The notes under the pieces are model-generated. The model did not search any database, had not been told where the DNA came from, and saw only the letters and a program-made list of their open reading frames with translations. A DNA stretch of 64,000 nt from Squalus acanthias. Lineage: Eukaryota. Made by a program: the position numbers and the translations under genes. The DNA is taken from positions 139,192,001 to 139,256,000 of the forward strand of contig CM059432.1 of the NCBI GenBank assembly GCA_030390025.1, in the 5' to 3' direction. Below, piece after piece: positions 32,801-47,800 of the stretch (within the stretch, counting starts at the first letter, position 1; each line of letters starts with the position of its first letter).

Positions 32801-35800
32801 TCCATCAAGCGTATTCACAAGAAGTTTTAATTTTAGCAGTTTGAGAGAACTTGTGTGTAGTTTACAACTTGGGAGCATTTCTTCCCACAGAACAGCAGAA
32901 TCAGGAATGTGAATGTTAAACACCTGCAAAGTAGTTAATCGTTTAACAATGGCTGAAACTCTAATTGATCGGGCTCCTGAGGAAAGACTTTGCCCTATTT
33001 GGATGTTAGTTCCCTTTTGAAATTCTTATGTATTAGTCAGACCAAAAATGAAGAAATTTATTGCCAACCATTTGTGATACTTGGTGTGTCTTTTTATAGT
33101 TACTTTGGGATGGGGTCTTTGCACATGAATGGGTGGGTGAGACTGCTGTACAAGGCAGGAAATTCCAAAATGCTAACCTAATGCCATTCTCTTCATTTTC
33201 GTAAGCATAGTCACAACGCTATTCATGTTAATTCTATGAATAACAACCACTACAACTTGCATTTATATAGCGTCATTAACATCGTAAAACATCCCAAGGC
33301 GCTTCACAGGAGTATTATGTCAAAATTTAACAGTCACATAAGGAGATATTTGGACAGGAACTTGGTCAAAGAGGTAGGTTTTAAGAAGCATCTTAAAAAG
33401 GAGAGGGGGAGGGAGGTAGAGAGGCTCAGGTAGGGAATTCCAGAGCTTAGGCCACAAATGTCAAAAATATCCTCCATTTTTCAATATTTAAAAATAATAT
33501 AGAAATATTCAAGTGCCATTGCATGCAATAATTATCCAAAAGCCAGATGTGGATGTACAGCAGCACGTGTGTTATTTGGTCAGGTCAACATACTATTTGC
33601 ATGGCATCTTCTATAAAAACATCTTTTCTTCAAATTATTAGTCTTCATTTGTTCATGGCAAATGAATTTTAATATAGATAAGTGAGATTTTTTTGTATTC
33701 GTTTATGGGATGTGGGCGTCGCTGGCAAGGCCAGCATTTATTGCCCATCCCTAGTTGCCCTCGAGAAGGTGGTGGTGAGCCGCCTTCTTGAACCGCTGCA
33801 GTCCATGTGGTGAAGGTACTCCCACAGTGCTGTTAGGGAGGGAGTTCCAGGATTTTGACCCAGCAACGATGAAGGACTGGCGATATACTTCTAAGTCAGG
33901 ATGCTGTGGGACTTGCAGGGGGTGGTGTTCCCATGCGCCTGCTGCCCTTGTCCTTCTAGCTGGAAGAGGTCGCGGGTTTGGGAGGTGCTGCCGAAGTCGT
34001 CTTGGCGAGTTGCTGCAGTGCATCTTGTAGATGGTACACACTGCAGCCACGGTACACCGGTGGTGGAGGGAGTGAATGTTTAAGGTGGTGGATGGGGTGC
34101 CATTCAAGCGGGCTGCTTTGTCCTGGATGGTGTCGAGCTGCTTGAGTGTTGTTGGAGCTGCACTCATCCAGGCAAGTGGAGAGTATTCTATTACACTCCT
34201 GACTTGTGCCTTGTAGATGGTGGAACGGCTTTGGGGAGTCAGGAGGTGAGACACTCGCTGCAGAATACCTAGCCTCTGACCTGCTCTTGTTGCCACAGTA
34301 TTTATGTGGCTGGTCCAGTTAAGTTTCTGGTTAATGGTGACCCCCAGGATGTTGATGGTGGGGGATTCGGCGATGGTAATGCCTTTGAATGTCAAGGGGC
34401 GGTGGGTCGACTCTCGCTTGTTGGAGATAGTCATTGCCTGGCACTTCTGTGGCGCGAATGTTACCTGCCACTTATGAAACCAAGCCTGAACGTAGTCCAG
34501 GTCTTGTTGCATGTGGGCATGGACTGCTTCATTATCTGAGGAGTTGTGAATGGTGCTGAACACTGCAGTCATCAGCGAACATCCCCATTTCTGACCTTAT
34601 GTTGGCGGAAGGTCATTGATGAAGCAGCTGAAGATAGTTGGGCCTAGCACACTGCCCTGAGGAACTCCTGCAGCGATGTCCTGGGGCTGTGATGATTGAC
34701 CTTCAACCACCACAACCATCTTCCTTGGTGCTAGATATGACTCCAGCCAGTGAAGAGTTTTCCCCTGATTCCCATTGACTTCAGTTTTACTAGGGTTCCT
34801 TGATGCCACACTCGGTCAAATGCTGCCTTGATGTCAAGGCAGTCACTCTCACCTCACCTCTGGAATTCAGCTCCTTTGTCCATCTTTGGACCAAGGCTGT
34901 AATGAGATCGGGAGCCGAATGGTCTTGGCGGAACCCAAACTGGGCATCAGTGAGCAGGTTATTGGTGAGTAAGTGCCGCTTGATAGCACTGTCGATGACA
35001 CCTTCCATCACTTTGCTGATGATTGAGAGTAGACTGATGGGGCGGTAATTGGCCGGATTGGATTTGTCCTGCTTTTTGTGGACATGATATAACTGGGCAG
35101 TTTTCCACATTGTCGGATACATGCCAGTGTTATAGCTGCACTGGACCAGCTTGGCTAGAGGCACGGCTAGTTCTGGAGCACAAGTCTTCAGCATGACAGC
35201 CAGGATGTTGTCGGGGCCCATAGCCTTTGCTGTATCCAGTGCCCTCAGCCGTTTCTTGATATCACGAGGAGTGAATCGAATCGGCTGAAGAATGGCTTCT
35301 GTGATGGTGGGGACCTCAGGAGTAGGCCGATATGGATCATCCACTCAGCACTTCTGGCTGACGATGGTTGCAAACGCCTTGTCTTTTGCACTCACGTGTT
35401 GGGCTCCACCATCATTGAGGATGGGGATATTCAAGGAGCCTCCTCCTCCCGTTAGTTGTTTAATGGTCCACCAACATTCATGACTGGATGTGGCAGGACT
35501 GCAGAGCTTTGATCTGATCTGTTGATTGTGGGATCTCTTAGCCCTGTCTATAGCATGCTGCTTCCGCTTTTTCGCATGCATGTGGTCCTGTGTTGCAGCT
35601 TCCCCAGGTTGGCACCTCATTTTTAGGTATGCCTGGTGCTGCTCCTGCATGCTCTTCTACACTCCTTATTGAACCAGGGATGGTCCCCTGGCTTAATGGT
35701 AATGGTAGAGTGAGGGATATGCCGGGCCATGAGGTTACAAATTGTGGTGGAATACAATTCTGCTGCTGCTGATGGCCTACAGTGCCTCATGAATGCCCAG

Positions 35801-38800
35801 TTTTGTGTTGCTAGATCTGTTCTGAATCTATCCCATTTAGCACGGTGGAGTGCCACACAACACGATGGAGGGTGTCGTCAGTGTGAAGACGGGACTTCGT
35901 CTCCACAATGACTGCAGGTGGTCACTGCTACCAATGCTGTCATGGACAGATGCATCTGCGACAGGTAGATTGGTGAGGACGTGGTCAAGTAGGTGATTCC
36001 TTCATGTTGGTTCTCTCACCACCTGTCGCAGACTCAGCCTGGCAGCTATATCCTTCAGGACTCGGGCAACTCGGTCAGTTGTGGTGCTACCGAGCCACTC
36101 TTGGTGATGGACATTGAAGTCCCCCACCCAGAGTACATTCTGTGCCCTTGCTACTCTGTGCTTCTTCCAAGTAGTGTTCAACATGGAGGAATACTGATTC
36201 ATCAGCTGAGGGAGGGCGGTAGGTGGTAATCAGCAGGAGGTTTCCTTGCCCATGCTTGGCCTGAAGCCAGGATACTTCATGGGGTCCAGAGTCAATGTTG
36301 AGGACTCCCAGAGCCACTGTGCCGCCACCCCGGTGGGTCTGTCCTGCCGGTGACGGGTGGTGATGGAGGAGTCTGGGACATTGGCTGAAAGGTATGATTG
36401 TGTGAGTATGACTATGTTAGGCTGTTGCTTGACTAGTCTGTGGGACAGCTCTCCCAATTTTGGCACAAGTCCCCAGATGTTGGTGAGGAGGACTTTGCAG
36501 GATCGACTGAGCTGGGTGTGCCGTTGCTGTGTCCGTAGCTGGTGCCGAGGTCGATGCCGGGTGGTCCGTCTGGTTTCATTCTTATTATTGTGTTTCGTAG
36601 CGATTTGTTACAACTGAGTGGCTTACTAGGCCATTTCAGAGGACAGTTAAGAGTCAACCACATTGCTGTGGGTCTGGAATCACATATAGACCAGGTAAGG
36701 ACGTCAGACTTCCTTCCCTAAAGGACCTTAGTGAACCAGATGGGTTTTTACGATAATCCGATAGTTTCATGGTTACCATTACTGATACTAGCTTTTTATT
36801 CCAGATTTATTTAATTAACTGAATTTAAATTCCCCAGCTGCCTTGGTGAGGTAGTACATTTTGGTAGGAGGAATAAGGAGGCCACATATGCCTTAGAAAT
36901 AAATGTCTAAATGGTGTAGAGGAACAGACGGCTTTGGGGGTACAGATACACAAATTAAAAGTAGTGACTCAGGTTAATAAGGTCATTAAAAAAAAACAAG
37001 CACTGGGGTTCATTTCTAGAGGGAAAGAATTGAAAAGTAGAGAAGTTAGGTTAAACTTGTATAGAACCTTGGTTAGAAAACACTTGAACGTGTACAGTTC
37101 TGGTCTCCATAGTATAAAAAGGATACAGAGGCACCAGAGAAGGTGCAAAAAAGATTTACTAGAATGATACCAGAACTGAGACATTATACCCATCAGGAAA
37201 GATTGAACAGGCTGGGGCTCTTTTCTCTAGAAAAGACTGAGGGGTGACCTGATCGAGGTCTTTAAGATTATGAAAGGGTTTGATAGGGTAGACTTAGGGA
37301 AGATGTTTACAATTGCAGGCGAGACCAGAACTCGAGGTCATAAATACAAGACAGTCACTAATAAATCCAATAGGGAATTCAGGAGAATCTTATTAACCCA
37401 GAGAGTGGATAGAACGTGGAACTCGCTACCACAAGGAGTAGTTGAGGTGAATAGCATAGATGCATTTAAAGGGAAGCTAGATAAGTACATAAGGGATAAA
37501 GGACTAGAAGGATATGTTGATGGGGTTAGATGAAGAGGGGTGGGAGGAGGCTCGTGTGGAGCAGAAACACCAGCATGGACTTGTTGGGCCGAATGGCCTG
37601 TTTCTGTGCTTGTAATACTTTTGTAGTCATCGAGGTGAGGGATGTTCATGCTGGATAATGGAACACCTTTTAATTTCAGGTACCCAGTGTCACACTCCCA
37701 GACCAGGTACATCATAGTCCGATGCAGAATAAAGCTTCCTATACTCTGCCACGGCACGACTCAGCCCCAATGTCAAATGAGGACCAGCTGCACTATTTCC
37801 CACAACCATTCTTTGACATTACTAGTTTAGTATCAAATTACTACTAGTTTAGTACCAATTATGGGCAGTTAGGAGCTGAATTTAGACTGCTAAACTCTAG
37901 TGATTTAGGATTGTGAAAGCCAACCTCGTTGATTTTCCTCCTGGACTTGGAAACCAGGTCCCAGAAGTGAAGGGGGAGTGTCTAATCCACTTCTCCTCCT
38001 CCTCCCTCTTATCTTATCCCAATCATATATTTAAAAAAATCTTCAATTTCAACTAAACACAACATTGCGTGCTTTGGACAATTTATACCTGGAATGACTG
38101 TACAAAGCTGAGGACTTGCAGAGATAGCTTCCTACTGGAATGCAAGAGTTTCTGAAGGCTGTGGAGAGAAGAGTACACAGTACATTAACACTCTGCAAAC
38201 ACATTCACCACCCAGTTACACAAGAAAATCAACATGGAAGGAAATTAAATAACGCAAGTCTACTTCATAGTGCTATGCTCTGTTTACAGTGAGAAAAGGT
38301 CCAAATTGTCATTAAAAATGTAAAGGACCAGGTTTTAGCCAAGCAAATTCAGAGCATTTGAATTCTTTTTTAAAAATAACCTTTTTGTGGGTTTTGTTCA
38401 TTTTAAATGACCGAGACGGGTTTCTACCAACACATTAACTAACTGCTAAAACTACACTGCAAATACTAAACGTGCACTGACCCAAAACTGTTGGCCTCTC
38501 CAATCCTAGTTTCTTTTTTTCTCTAACAGCTTTAGCTACTTTCACTTGGAACTAAATTTCATTTCTGGTCATAAGATTGCAAGTTCTCGTCTTCTAACCC
38601 CACACCAACTATACATTTTTTTCCAAGGCTAAAATGCCCGGAAGTAAAAGGGAATAGCAAGTAAGAACGAGGAAGAATGGGACCATAGCAGATCAACAGG
38701 AGGCTGGCTGGCTTGAGATTCTGGGGTAGACAGTGTGGTGTAAAAATTCTGAAACAGGGCCCTTGAAGAACAACTTGTTTTTAGGTAGGTTAAACTGAGT

Positions 38801-41800
38801 GAGCCCATGATCTCGGCATTAGGCAGTGCAGATCGGAGAGTTCAGCCTGAGGGTTCCAGCTCTATCCCTGGTCTGTGCATCTTTCTAGCAAGGGAACTAC
38901 TGAATTTATCCGTTTGTTCATACTGGGTCAAAAAAAAACCCATTTTGGGCCAGAATTTGCAGTGGGTAATAACGGTGAACAGCATTTGCTGTTATTACCC
39001 CCTTTGTAACTGACCACAACTTCAGGACGTAGCACATGCGCATCCTAATGCGGAAATCCTGAAGTTGCGGTCCATCATTCATTGCTCCAACACTGGCTGC
39101 GCTGTGCACCTACCCCCACAACCATAGCCAGCAATCAGTGAAACTGATGAAAACGTGGGCTTTTCCGCGGTAACATCGCGGTTAAATACCCCATTAAAAA
39201 AGTTGGGCCTTGTTGAATTAGGTGTAACTGGGGTTTGAACAGCGTATTGACTGCTAAGCAAACATTATGGCCCTGAAAAACTAATTTTAATTTTGTGGAG
39301 TGTCAAATTTCTCCATTATGATAAAAATTACAATTTTTAAGAAACTGTAAAAAAAAGTTTTTAAAAGAGGTTGTTCGTGATATTTCAGGTTCTACCTTAT
39401 CCCTATGTGAGGACCCCAATCTTCGTTTTGCTCGCTAACATTTTTAAAAAGTCTGAATAAAAGCAGCTTCTTCATTTCCTGGTTCCCTGTGAGCATTCTG
39501 CAATGTGATTGGCTGCTTAGACAGCTTGTTGACGTCACAGATCGCGCTAGGGAATTCCCCATTATATTGCACTGAAATCACTTGCGCGTCGAACAAGGCA
39601 AATTTCTTGCCACACAGATCACAAGATCTCTGTGGGCAGCTTTCTTCAGGGCCAGCAGCGACTGTCTTTGCTTCACTGCTGATTGCAAATTCCGGACCAG
39701 TTATTTGGTGTTTCTTGTCTTCTGTTTCACAATGGGTGCAAATCTTTTTTAAAATGGCAGCAAAATATGCATAATCAATTGGATCACTGTTCAAAAGTCT
39801 GATTAAAATCTGCCACAGTATGCCAAGTTAAGAAAACAGTTATTCAATGCGACAGCACTACCGTTACTCATCACAGCTGTTACTTTTGAGCATTATACCT
39901 TTAAATGCTCAATTAAAGTGCATATATATTTTGACAAGGGACCCGTATTATGTATTTCTAGAATGGTACCAGGGATGAGGGGCTTCAGTTACATGGAGAG
40001 ACTACAGAAGCTGGGATTGTTCTCCTTAGAGCAGAGAAGGTTAAGGGGAGATTTAATTGAGGTGTTTTGATAGAGTAAACAAAGAGAAACTGTTTCCACT
40101 GGCAGGAGGGTCGGTAACCAGAGGATACAGATTTAAGATAATTGGCAAAAAAAAGCCAGGGGAGAGAGGAGAATTTTGTTTTACTCAGCGAATGCACTGC
40201 CTGAAAGGGTGGTGGAAGCAGATTCAATACTAACTTTCAAAAGGGAATTGGATCTCTATTTAAAAAGGAAAAATTTGCAGGGCTGTGGGGAAAGAGCAGC
40301 GGGATGGGACTAATTGGTAGCTCTTTTAGGAGAGCTGACACAGGCACGATGGGCCGAATGGCCTCCTTATGTGCTGCATGATTCAATGGTATAACTTAGC
40401 CGTGTACTCGCAAATGAACAAAAAACTATGTGCAAACCCGAGACAAAATTTACCTTTCCTTCCCACATAATCCATGCGTAGCAATTTTCTGACAAACACT
40501 TCTGTTCAGTTCTGAAACAAAGAGCGGGATCCCGAAGCACAGCTCCAGTGGAATCCATTCCTGCTCCATTGCGGAAGCTGGAAAATTAGAATATTGCAAA
40601 ACTCAGCACAGCAAATTTTCCTTTCCCCCTCATTCTGGTGTAGTGTTCAGCGGGTGCCAACAGCGATCTGGTGCCTTGCCCAAATAGGCCATTTTGGCAC
40701 ATGGAAGTCTTGACAATAAGTGGCAGGGGGCTATTTGGCCTGTGGGAAATCACAGCTGAGCCTCATCCTTTCCTCAGCTGACATATGTACAAAAACAACA
40801 ATTTGCATTTATATAGCGCCTTTAGTGCAGTGAAACGTCCCAAGGCGCTTCACAGGAGCGATTATCAAACAAGATTTGACACCGAGCCACACAAGGAGAC
40901 ATTAGGACAGGAGACCAAAAGCTTGGTCAAAGACGTAGGTTTTTAAGGAGCGTCTTAAAAAGGAGGCAGAGAAGTTTAGGGAGGGAATTCCAGAGCTTAG
41001 GACCGAGGCAGAGTAAGGCATGGCCACCAATGGTGGGGCGATGAAAATCGGGGATGCGCAAGAGACCAGAATTGGAGGAGCGCAGAGGTCTCGGAGGTTT
41101 GTAGGGCTGGAGGAGGTTACAGAGATTGTGAGGTACGCATTACAGTCACTGGATAGCAATTAGAAGCAAGAAGCCTAGCTGATTCTTCCCCACTCTAGCC
41201 TAAGAGTCCAAATAGTGGCTGAGATCCACTAACTCAGCATAGACCAGGAATCAAATGTGGGGTACCACATCAGTGTGCGTGTATTCACTGAGTAGCAGGA
41301 AGCCCAGATTACTTTTTTTTTTAAATTCATTTTCGGGATGTGCCCATCGCTGGCAAGGCCGACATTTATTGCCCAATCCCTAGTTGCCCTTGAGCCTTCA
41401 TCTTGAACCACTTCGGTCCGTGTGGTGAAGCTACTTCCACAGTGCTTTAGGGAGGGAGTTCCAGGATATTGACCCAGCGATCAGGAAGGAACGGCGATAT
41501 ATGTCCAAGTCAGGATGGTGTGTGACTTGGGAGGGGAACCTGGAGGTGATGGTGTTCCCATGCACCTGCTGCCCTTGTCCTTCTAGGTGGTGGCGGTCAC
41601 AGGATTGGGAGGTGCTGTATTCTAACTATTAGGCACAGACCTAACATTACAGTAATTGTCTTTACCTTCAGCAATTCTTTTCGGCACAGAGTCGGCCACA
41701 GGCTCATCTGTTACCAACTCAAAGGATTCTGTGCTGCCTTGAGCATCAGAGCCAGATGGGGATTCAAATTCTTCTGAAAAATATTTAAATTCATACGACA

Positions 41801-44800
41801 ATATACTTGAGAGAAACATTATTTAAGGTGGCTTCTCAGCTGAATAAGAATCTGAATGAAAATGACAATTGAGCAAATGTATTTGAAGAACATATAGGAC
41901 GGGCTGGATGGGAGAGTTTTATGGTCTCAAAATGTATTTTGTTGCAAGGCAAATCAATATTTTTAACTTTTAATCTAATATAAAGAAAAGATCAAACAAA
42001 ATGCTTGAATTTTTAAATAGCACCTTTCATGAACTCAGGACATCCCAAAGCACTTTACAGCCAATGAAGTACTTTGAAGTGTAGGCACTGTAGTAATGAA
42101 GCAAACGTGGCAGCCAATTTGCGCACAGCAAGCTCCCACAAACAGCAATGAGATAATGACCAGATAATCTGTTTTGGTGATGTTGGTTGAGGGATAAATA
42201 TTGGCCAGGACACCAGGGAGAACTCCCTTGCTCTTATTCAAAGTGCCATGGGATCTTTTACGTCCACCCGAGAGCGCAGACGCGGTTTAACGCCTCAACC
42301 AAAAGACGGCACCTCCGACAGTGCAGCACCTCCCTCAGTACTGCACTGGGAGAGTGTCAGCCTGGATTTTTGTGCTCAAGTCTCTGGAGCAGGACCTGCA
42401 CACAAAACCACTAAGCCACGGTTAACACCATTTAAGACAATTAATGTACAACACTGTCAAAATCGGATTTCAGCGGAGGATTTTAAATGACCAAAAAAAA
42501 CCCGAGAGATTAGCGTGTGGTTAAAAAGTAACCGTCAAGGACGGCAAACAGACTGCTTATTGTGCTTTGCTCAACAGAGGACCTAAAGATGTTCGAAACA
42601 GCTGTGCCTATGGCCCACGCCTTCACTCAGCTCCTGGTTCTCTGCTTTGGCATCGCCTCAGGTGTCAATAAACTGGTTAGTTGTGAGCCCAGCTTTACTG
42701 AGATCGTACTAATTACATTAAATAGTTAAGACAGTAGTAATTGAAGGGATTGAACGGATATAAATCTATGACAAGGAAACCCAAGCAGTTTATATAGCGA
42801 TAATCTTGAGTTTTGTAATCCCGTTTTTTTTTTTTTTTTTTTAAAAAGAACTGTGCATTTCGTGTAATGGATTTAATTTTCCATCAGATCAATTTCTGCT
42901 GGATGAAGCTGTTGCATCTGACCACAAAGCCCAATGTTAAGTCAATATACATAATGATCCAACATAGAATGTACAGCACAGAAACAAGCCATTCAGCCCA
43001 TCTAGTCCATGCTGGTGTTTATGTTCAACACGAGCCTCCTGCCACCTTAATTCATCTAACCCTAACATATCCTTCAATTCCTCCTTTCTCTCTCATGTAC
43101 TTATCTAGCTTCCCTTTAAATGCATCTATGCTATTCGCCTCAACCACTCCATGCAACTTCTTTACCCAGCGTGGTTAGCATGTGGAAGTTGCTACCACAT
43201 GTAGTAGTTGAGGCGAATAGCATCGATGCCTTTAACCATGGCTCAGTGGGTAGCACTCGCGCCTCGGATTCAGAAGGTGTTGTGTTCAAGTCCTGCTCCA
43301 GAGACTTGAGCACAAAATCTAGGCCGACACTCCCAGTGCAGTACTGAGGGAGTGCTGCACTGTCGGAGGTGCCGTCTTTCGGATGAGACGTTAAACAGAG
43401 GCCCCCATCTGCCCTCTTGGATGGATGTAAAATATCCCACGGCAGTATTTCGAAGAATAGTGTTCTATTGGAAGAATGAGTTCTCTCCCATGTCCAGGTC
43501 AATATTTATCCCTCAACCAACACCAAAAAACAAATTAGACTATCCGGTCATTATATCATTGCTGTTTGTGGGATCTTGCTGTGCATAAATTGTCTGCCTT
43601 GTTTCCTACATTACAACAGTCCTTCATTGACTGTAAAGCGCTTACAACGTCTGGAGGTCATTAAAGGCCCTATGGAAATGCAAGTATTTAAGAGGAAACT
43701 GGTTAAGTACCTGAGGGAAAGAGGAAAAGGATATGCTGATAGGGTTAGATGAAGTGGGGTGGGAGGAGGCTCGTGCGGAGCAGAAACACCAGCATAGATC
43801 AGTTGGGCCGAATGGCCTGCTTCTGTGCTGTACATTACATTCTATGTAATGTGGTAGCGAGTTCCACATTCTCACCACTCAACAGCTTTTCATTAGTGCT
43901 ATTTTACAACAATATTACAAAGCTTTTTAAATGGATTAAAATATTCAATGATTTGGAACAAACTGGTGCGCAAGTTTATTTCCAACGTAGTTTTGATTGT
44001 GCAGAGCTGGTCTTTGCGTACCTTTCTCATCCAAGTCTTCACTGGGGTGCCTGCCATTGGTGCGTCGAACACGAGGGTTCAGCATATTCACAAACCCACA
44101 GAAATGGTCCAGATCCACTTTCCTCCTCAATGCCATCAAAGCTCGGTGAGCACACATGTTACTCCGGGAAAATTCTGCAGCAAAACCAACACAAAACAAT
44201 ATTCAGCTATTTAAAAAAATAAACATGTTAAAATCTCATTTTATGGTCCTTCAAAATGAAACAGTTAGTCAAATAAATTTTATACATGTATGGGACTGGA
44301 AACATTTTTCTACATGGTTCTATTCTATTCCGTTCCAGTCTCCGTATTATGAAAAAGGATATGGAGGCACTGGAGAAGGTGCAAAAAAGATTCACAAGGA
44401 TGATACCAGAACTGAGAGGTAATAACCATCAGGAAAGACTGAACAGACTGGGGCTCCAGAAGAGGAGAGAAAGCAGAGGGGTGACCTGCTCAAGGTCTTC
44501 AAAATTATGAAGGGGTTTGATAGGGTAGACGGAGAGAAAATATTTTCACTTGTGGGCGAGACCAAAACTAGGGATCATAAATATAACATAATCACCAATA
44601 AATCAACAGGGAATTCAGGAGAAACTTCTTTACCCAGAGTGTGGTGAGAATGTGGAACTCGCTACCACAGGGAGTGGTTGAGGTGAGTAGCATAGATACA
44701 TTTGAGGGGAACCTAGATGAGCTCATGAGGGAGAAAGGAACAGAAGGAAATGAAGATTGGTTTAGAGGAAGAGGGGAGGCTCATGTGGAGCATAAACACC

Positions 44801-47800
44801 GATATGGACCAGTTGTGGCGAATGGCCTGTTTCTATGCTGTACATTCTATGTAGTATAGATGCAAAAGGGGTTGTGAAAATTATCTTACAGCAGCAGAAA
44901 GATTTATTACATCAAAGCTCCATTATATAAAAGGCAACTGAATTATGCATCACTTAAAAGGAATCTGGAAATGGAAAAAATGCAAGTACAGTACACAGAT
45001 TCCAGTGCATCTTAAAACAGAGTCATGCATCAAAGTTGATTTAAAGAGAAGAGTTGATCAGAGATGCTGCAAGTATTTTCCTGCAATGCATGCTTTAATC
45101 AAAATTGATAATGGAAAGTAACTAGAAATGCTCACCGCCTTTCACCTCTACATCGTCAAAGGGAAATGGAACGTAAGTAGTTTCTCCATCACCATGGATA
45201 CCATAACCCTAATAAACAACAATGTATTAGTTTGTTTTATTAAAGTTACAAGGAGTCAGACAAACACATTTCAGAGATGTTGAATCATAAAAAGTACAAT
45301 GTATAATCTAATTATACAATCTTGTTGGAGGAAATACCGCTTTAAAAATTCATCAACAAAATTTCTTAAAGTGGCTTGCTGAGAAATAACCAAGATTACC
45401 CCACGTTATCACACACTTTCTTGTCGCTCTATATCCAGATACCAAATTTTGCTCCAACTGTGTCAGCTGTGGCTCAGTGGGTAGCACTCTCGCCTCAGAG
45501 TCACTTGAGCGCAAAAATCTAAGCTGACACTCCCAGCGCAGTGCTGAGGGAGTGCTGCATGGTCTGAGGTGTTGTCTTTCGGATGAAATGTTAAAGCAAG
45601 GCTGCCATCTCAGGTGGATGCAAAAGATCCCATGGCTCTATTTCGAAGAAGAGCAGGAGAGTTCTCCCTGGTGTCCTGGTCAATACTTAACCCTCAACTA
45701 ACATCCCTAAAAAAGATTGCCCGGTCATTATCACATGACTGTTTGTGGGAGCTTCCTGTGTGCAGATTGGCTGCTGCATTTCCTACATTACAACAATGAC
45801 TACATTCAAAAGTACATCATTGGCTGTAAAGCGCTTTGGGATGTCCCAAGGTCGTGAAAGGCGCTATAGAAATGCAAGTTCTTTCTTTATAGATGCAACA
45901 TTCTCAAGCCTTCCTAACATGCACAAAAAAGTCTATTCACAGCATTGACAGAAACCCTTTGGAAAACTCTGTCACGTACCTACTGCAAGTACACATCAGT
46001 TTTGTTAGCTTACTGACAGCATTCTCATTAACTGAACACCAAAAAAAACCCACACCTCTCCCCGAGTCAGATTACAAGTTTTCCAGCAATTCACGTCAGC
46101 AGGCAAGATGCTTGGTTTAAGGGAAATTCGAAGTAGCCAGAGTCTAATGCTTTACCTGTATTAATACAGCTGAATGCGTCAGTGCATCATTTAGCATGCT
46201 GAGCACGTTTGAAGTGGGAACAACACCGGGATCATGTCCCCAAGAGGTTATAAGCAATCGGTCATAGCCCTGGGAAATAAAGGGGGGTGGGTGGAAAATT
46301 ACTGCATTTTTATCAATTCTAAATGATTCTGACGCAGCACAGAAATAAACAAAATCATCGCATGTGTAAACAGGAAAGTTATGAACAAAAATGTTTTCTC
46401 AAAAATACCTGAAAAACATCTGGAAGTTTTCTAAGCCTTGTTCCTTTTGAAAGTAACAATGATGGGGGTCCTTGTCCAGTGATATGATAGATGTAAAGTT
46501 TAAACCAGATTGAACTAACTTCTGGGATGGCTGGTCCTAAGTGCTAATTATTTTGAAGAAAAAAAAAGTTATTGATTTACTAAAAGGATGATGTATATTG
46601 AATTATTTCGGTCATATCATACAAAATATGAATCACGTGAATCATTAACCTGTCTTTTGCTTTCAGAGGCTGAAGGAGATACTGTATTTCCAGCATGATT
46701 TCATTTTGCAGTTTTTACTTTTATCTTAAGGTACCAATATACCTGTATAAAATGGCTAATAAAATATCAATAGGGCCCATCATAGCGTATTCATTTCAAC
46801 TCCAGCAAGTAATGATTAATTAATTAGACAGACACATTAACACACAGCTGAGTAAAATCCAACAAATTAGTTACCTAGTCAGTCATGAATTCCGAGTAAA
46901 GACATTTGCACCAACAGGTATATAAAAGACCAGAATAGAGGTGGAGGCCCACACAGGAGGTAGAGGCCCACAAATAGATAAAAGCTGCATTAAAATGCCC
47001 ATCAAAAATAAGATAGCCTATTCGGAATCATGCATCATTGGATAAGATGAATAATTCGGTAGTTTCACTGGAGTCTCTGACATCCTTTCATAGACCCACA
47101 AGATTCTCTGCCTCATCACAGTATTCCAGTTGCATGAAATAAATGCTAGCACTCCACACCCACTTTCTTGATATGTTTATATTTTGACTCAGGAAAAATT
47201 ACTATGTAGCCATTTGATCTTTTTCACTGGAAACATATTATCTCAGAGGTTTTTAAGCTGCAAAAGAAGATTAAAGCTGGGTTTTGCAAAGGACAAAATA
47301 AGTATTTCAGATAATTGTATGTCCTTTCATCAGCCCATTAATCTATTTCTGCGTACAAAACCTAAGTGTATGCTATCTGCAATGTGTACATTATATATGC
47401 AAAATACTTTTGCAAAGTATCTCTCCAATGATATTTGCGTATACATGCATCTGGAGAAAGGAAGAGAGAGGAGGGTGCGTGAGAGAGAGCACGAGAGAGA
47501 GAGAGAGAGAGAGAGATGTTGTGAGTGTACTGTCTACTCTCAATTATTTAAATGCTGTGGGGGAAAGGAAAGAAATAACAAAAAGTGCAGTTTTTGTAAA
47601 ACTAACTATCTTTCACATATTGTCTGCCCAATTGACACCTTTGAAAGTGATCATGTGGCCTAAGTGGTCAATTTGATAGGCCATGCCACTTAGAGATTTT
47701 CATGGATATGATGAGGATTTTAAGCCCAGACACCATTTACCTCATTTAGACAGTTTCACAAGCCTCAGAAGGCCTTTGGAAATTTTAAAAAGTTTTCAAG

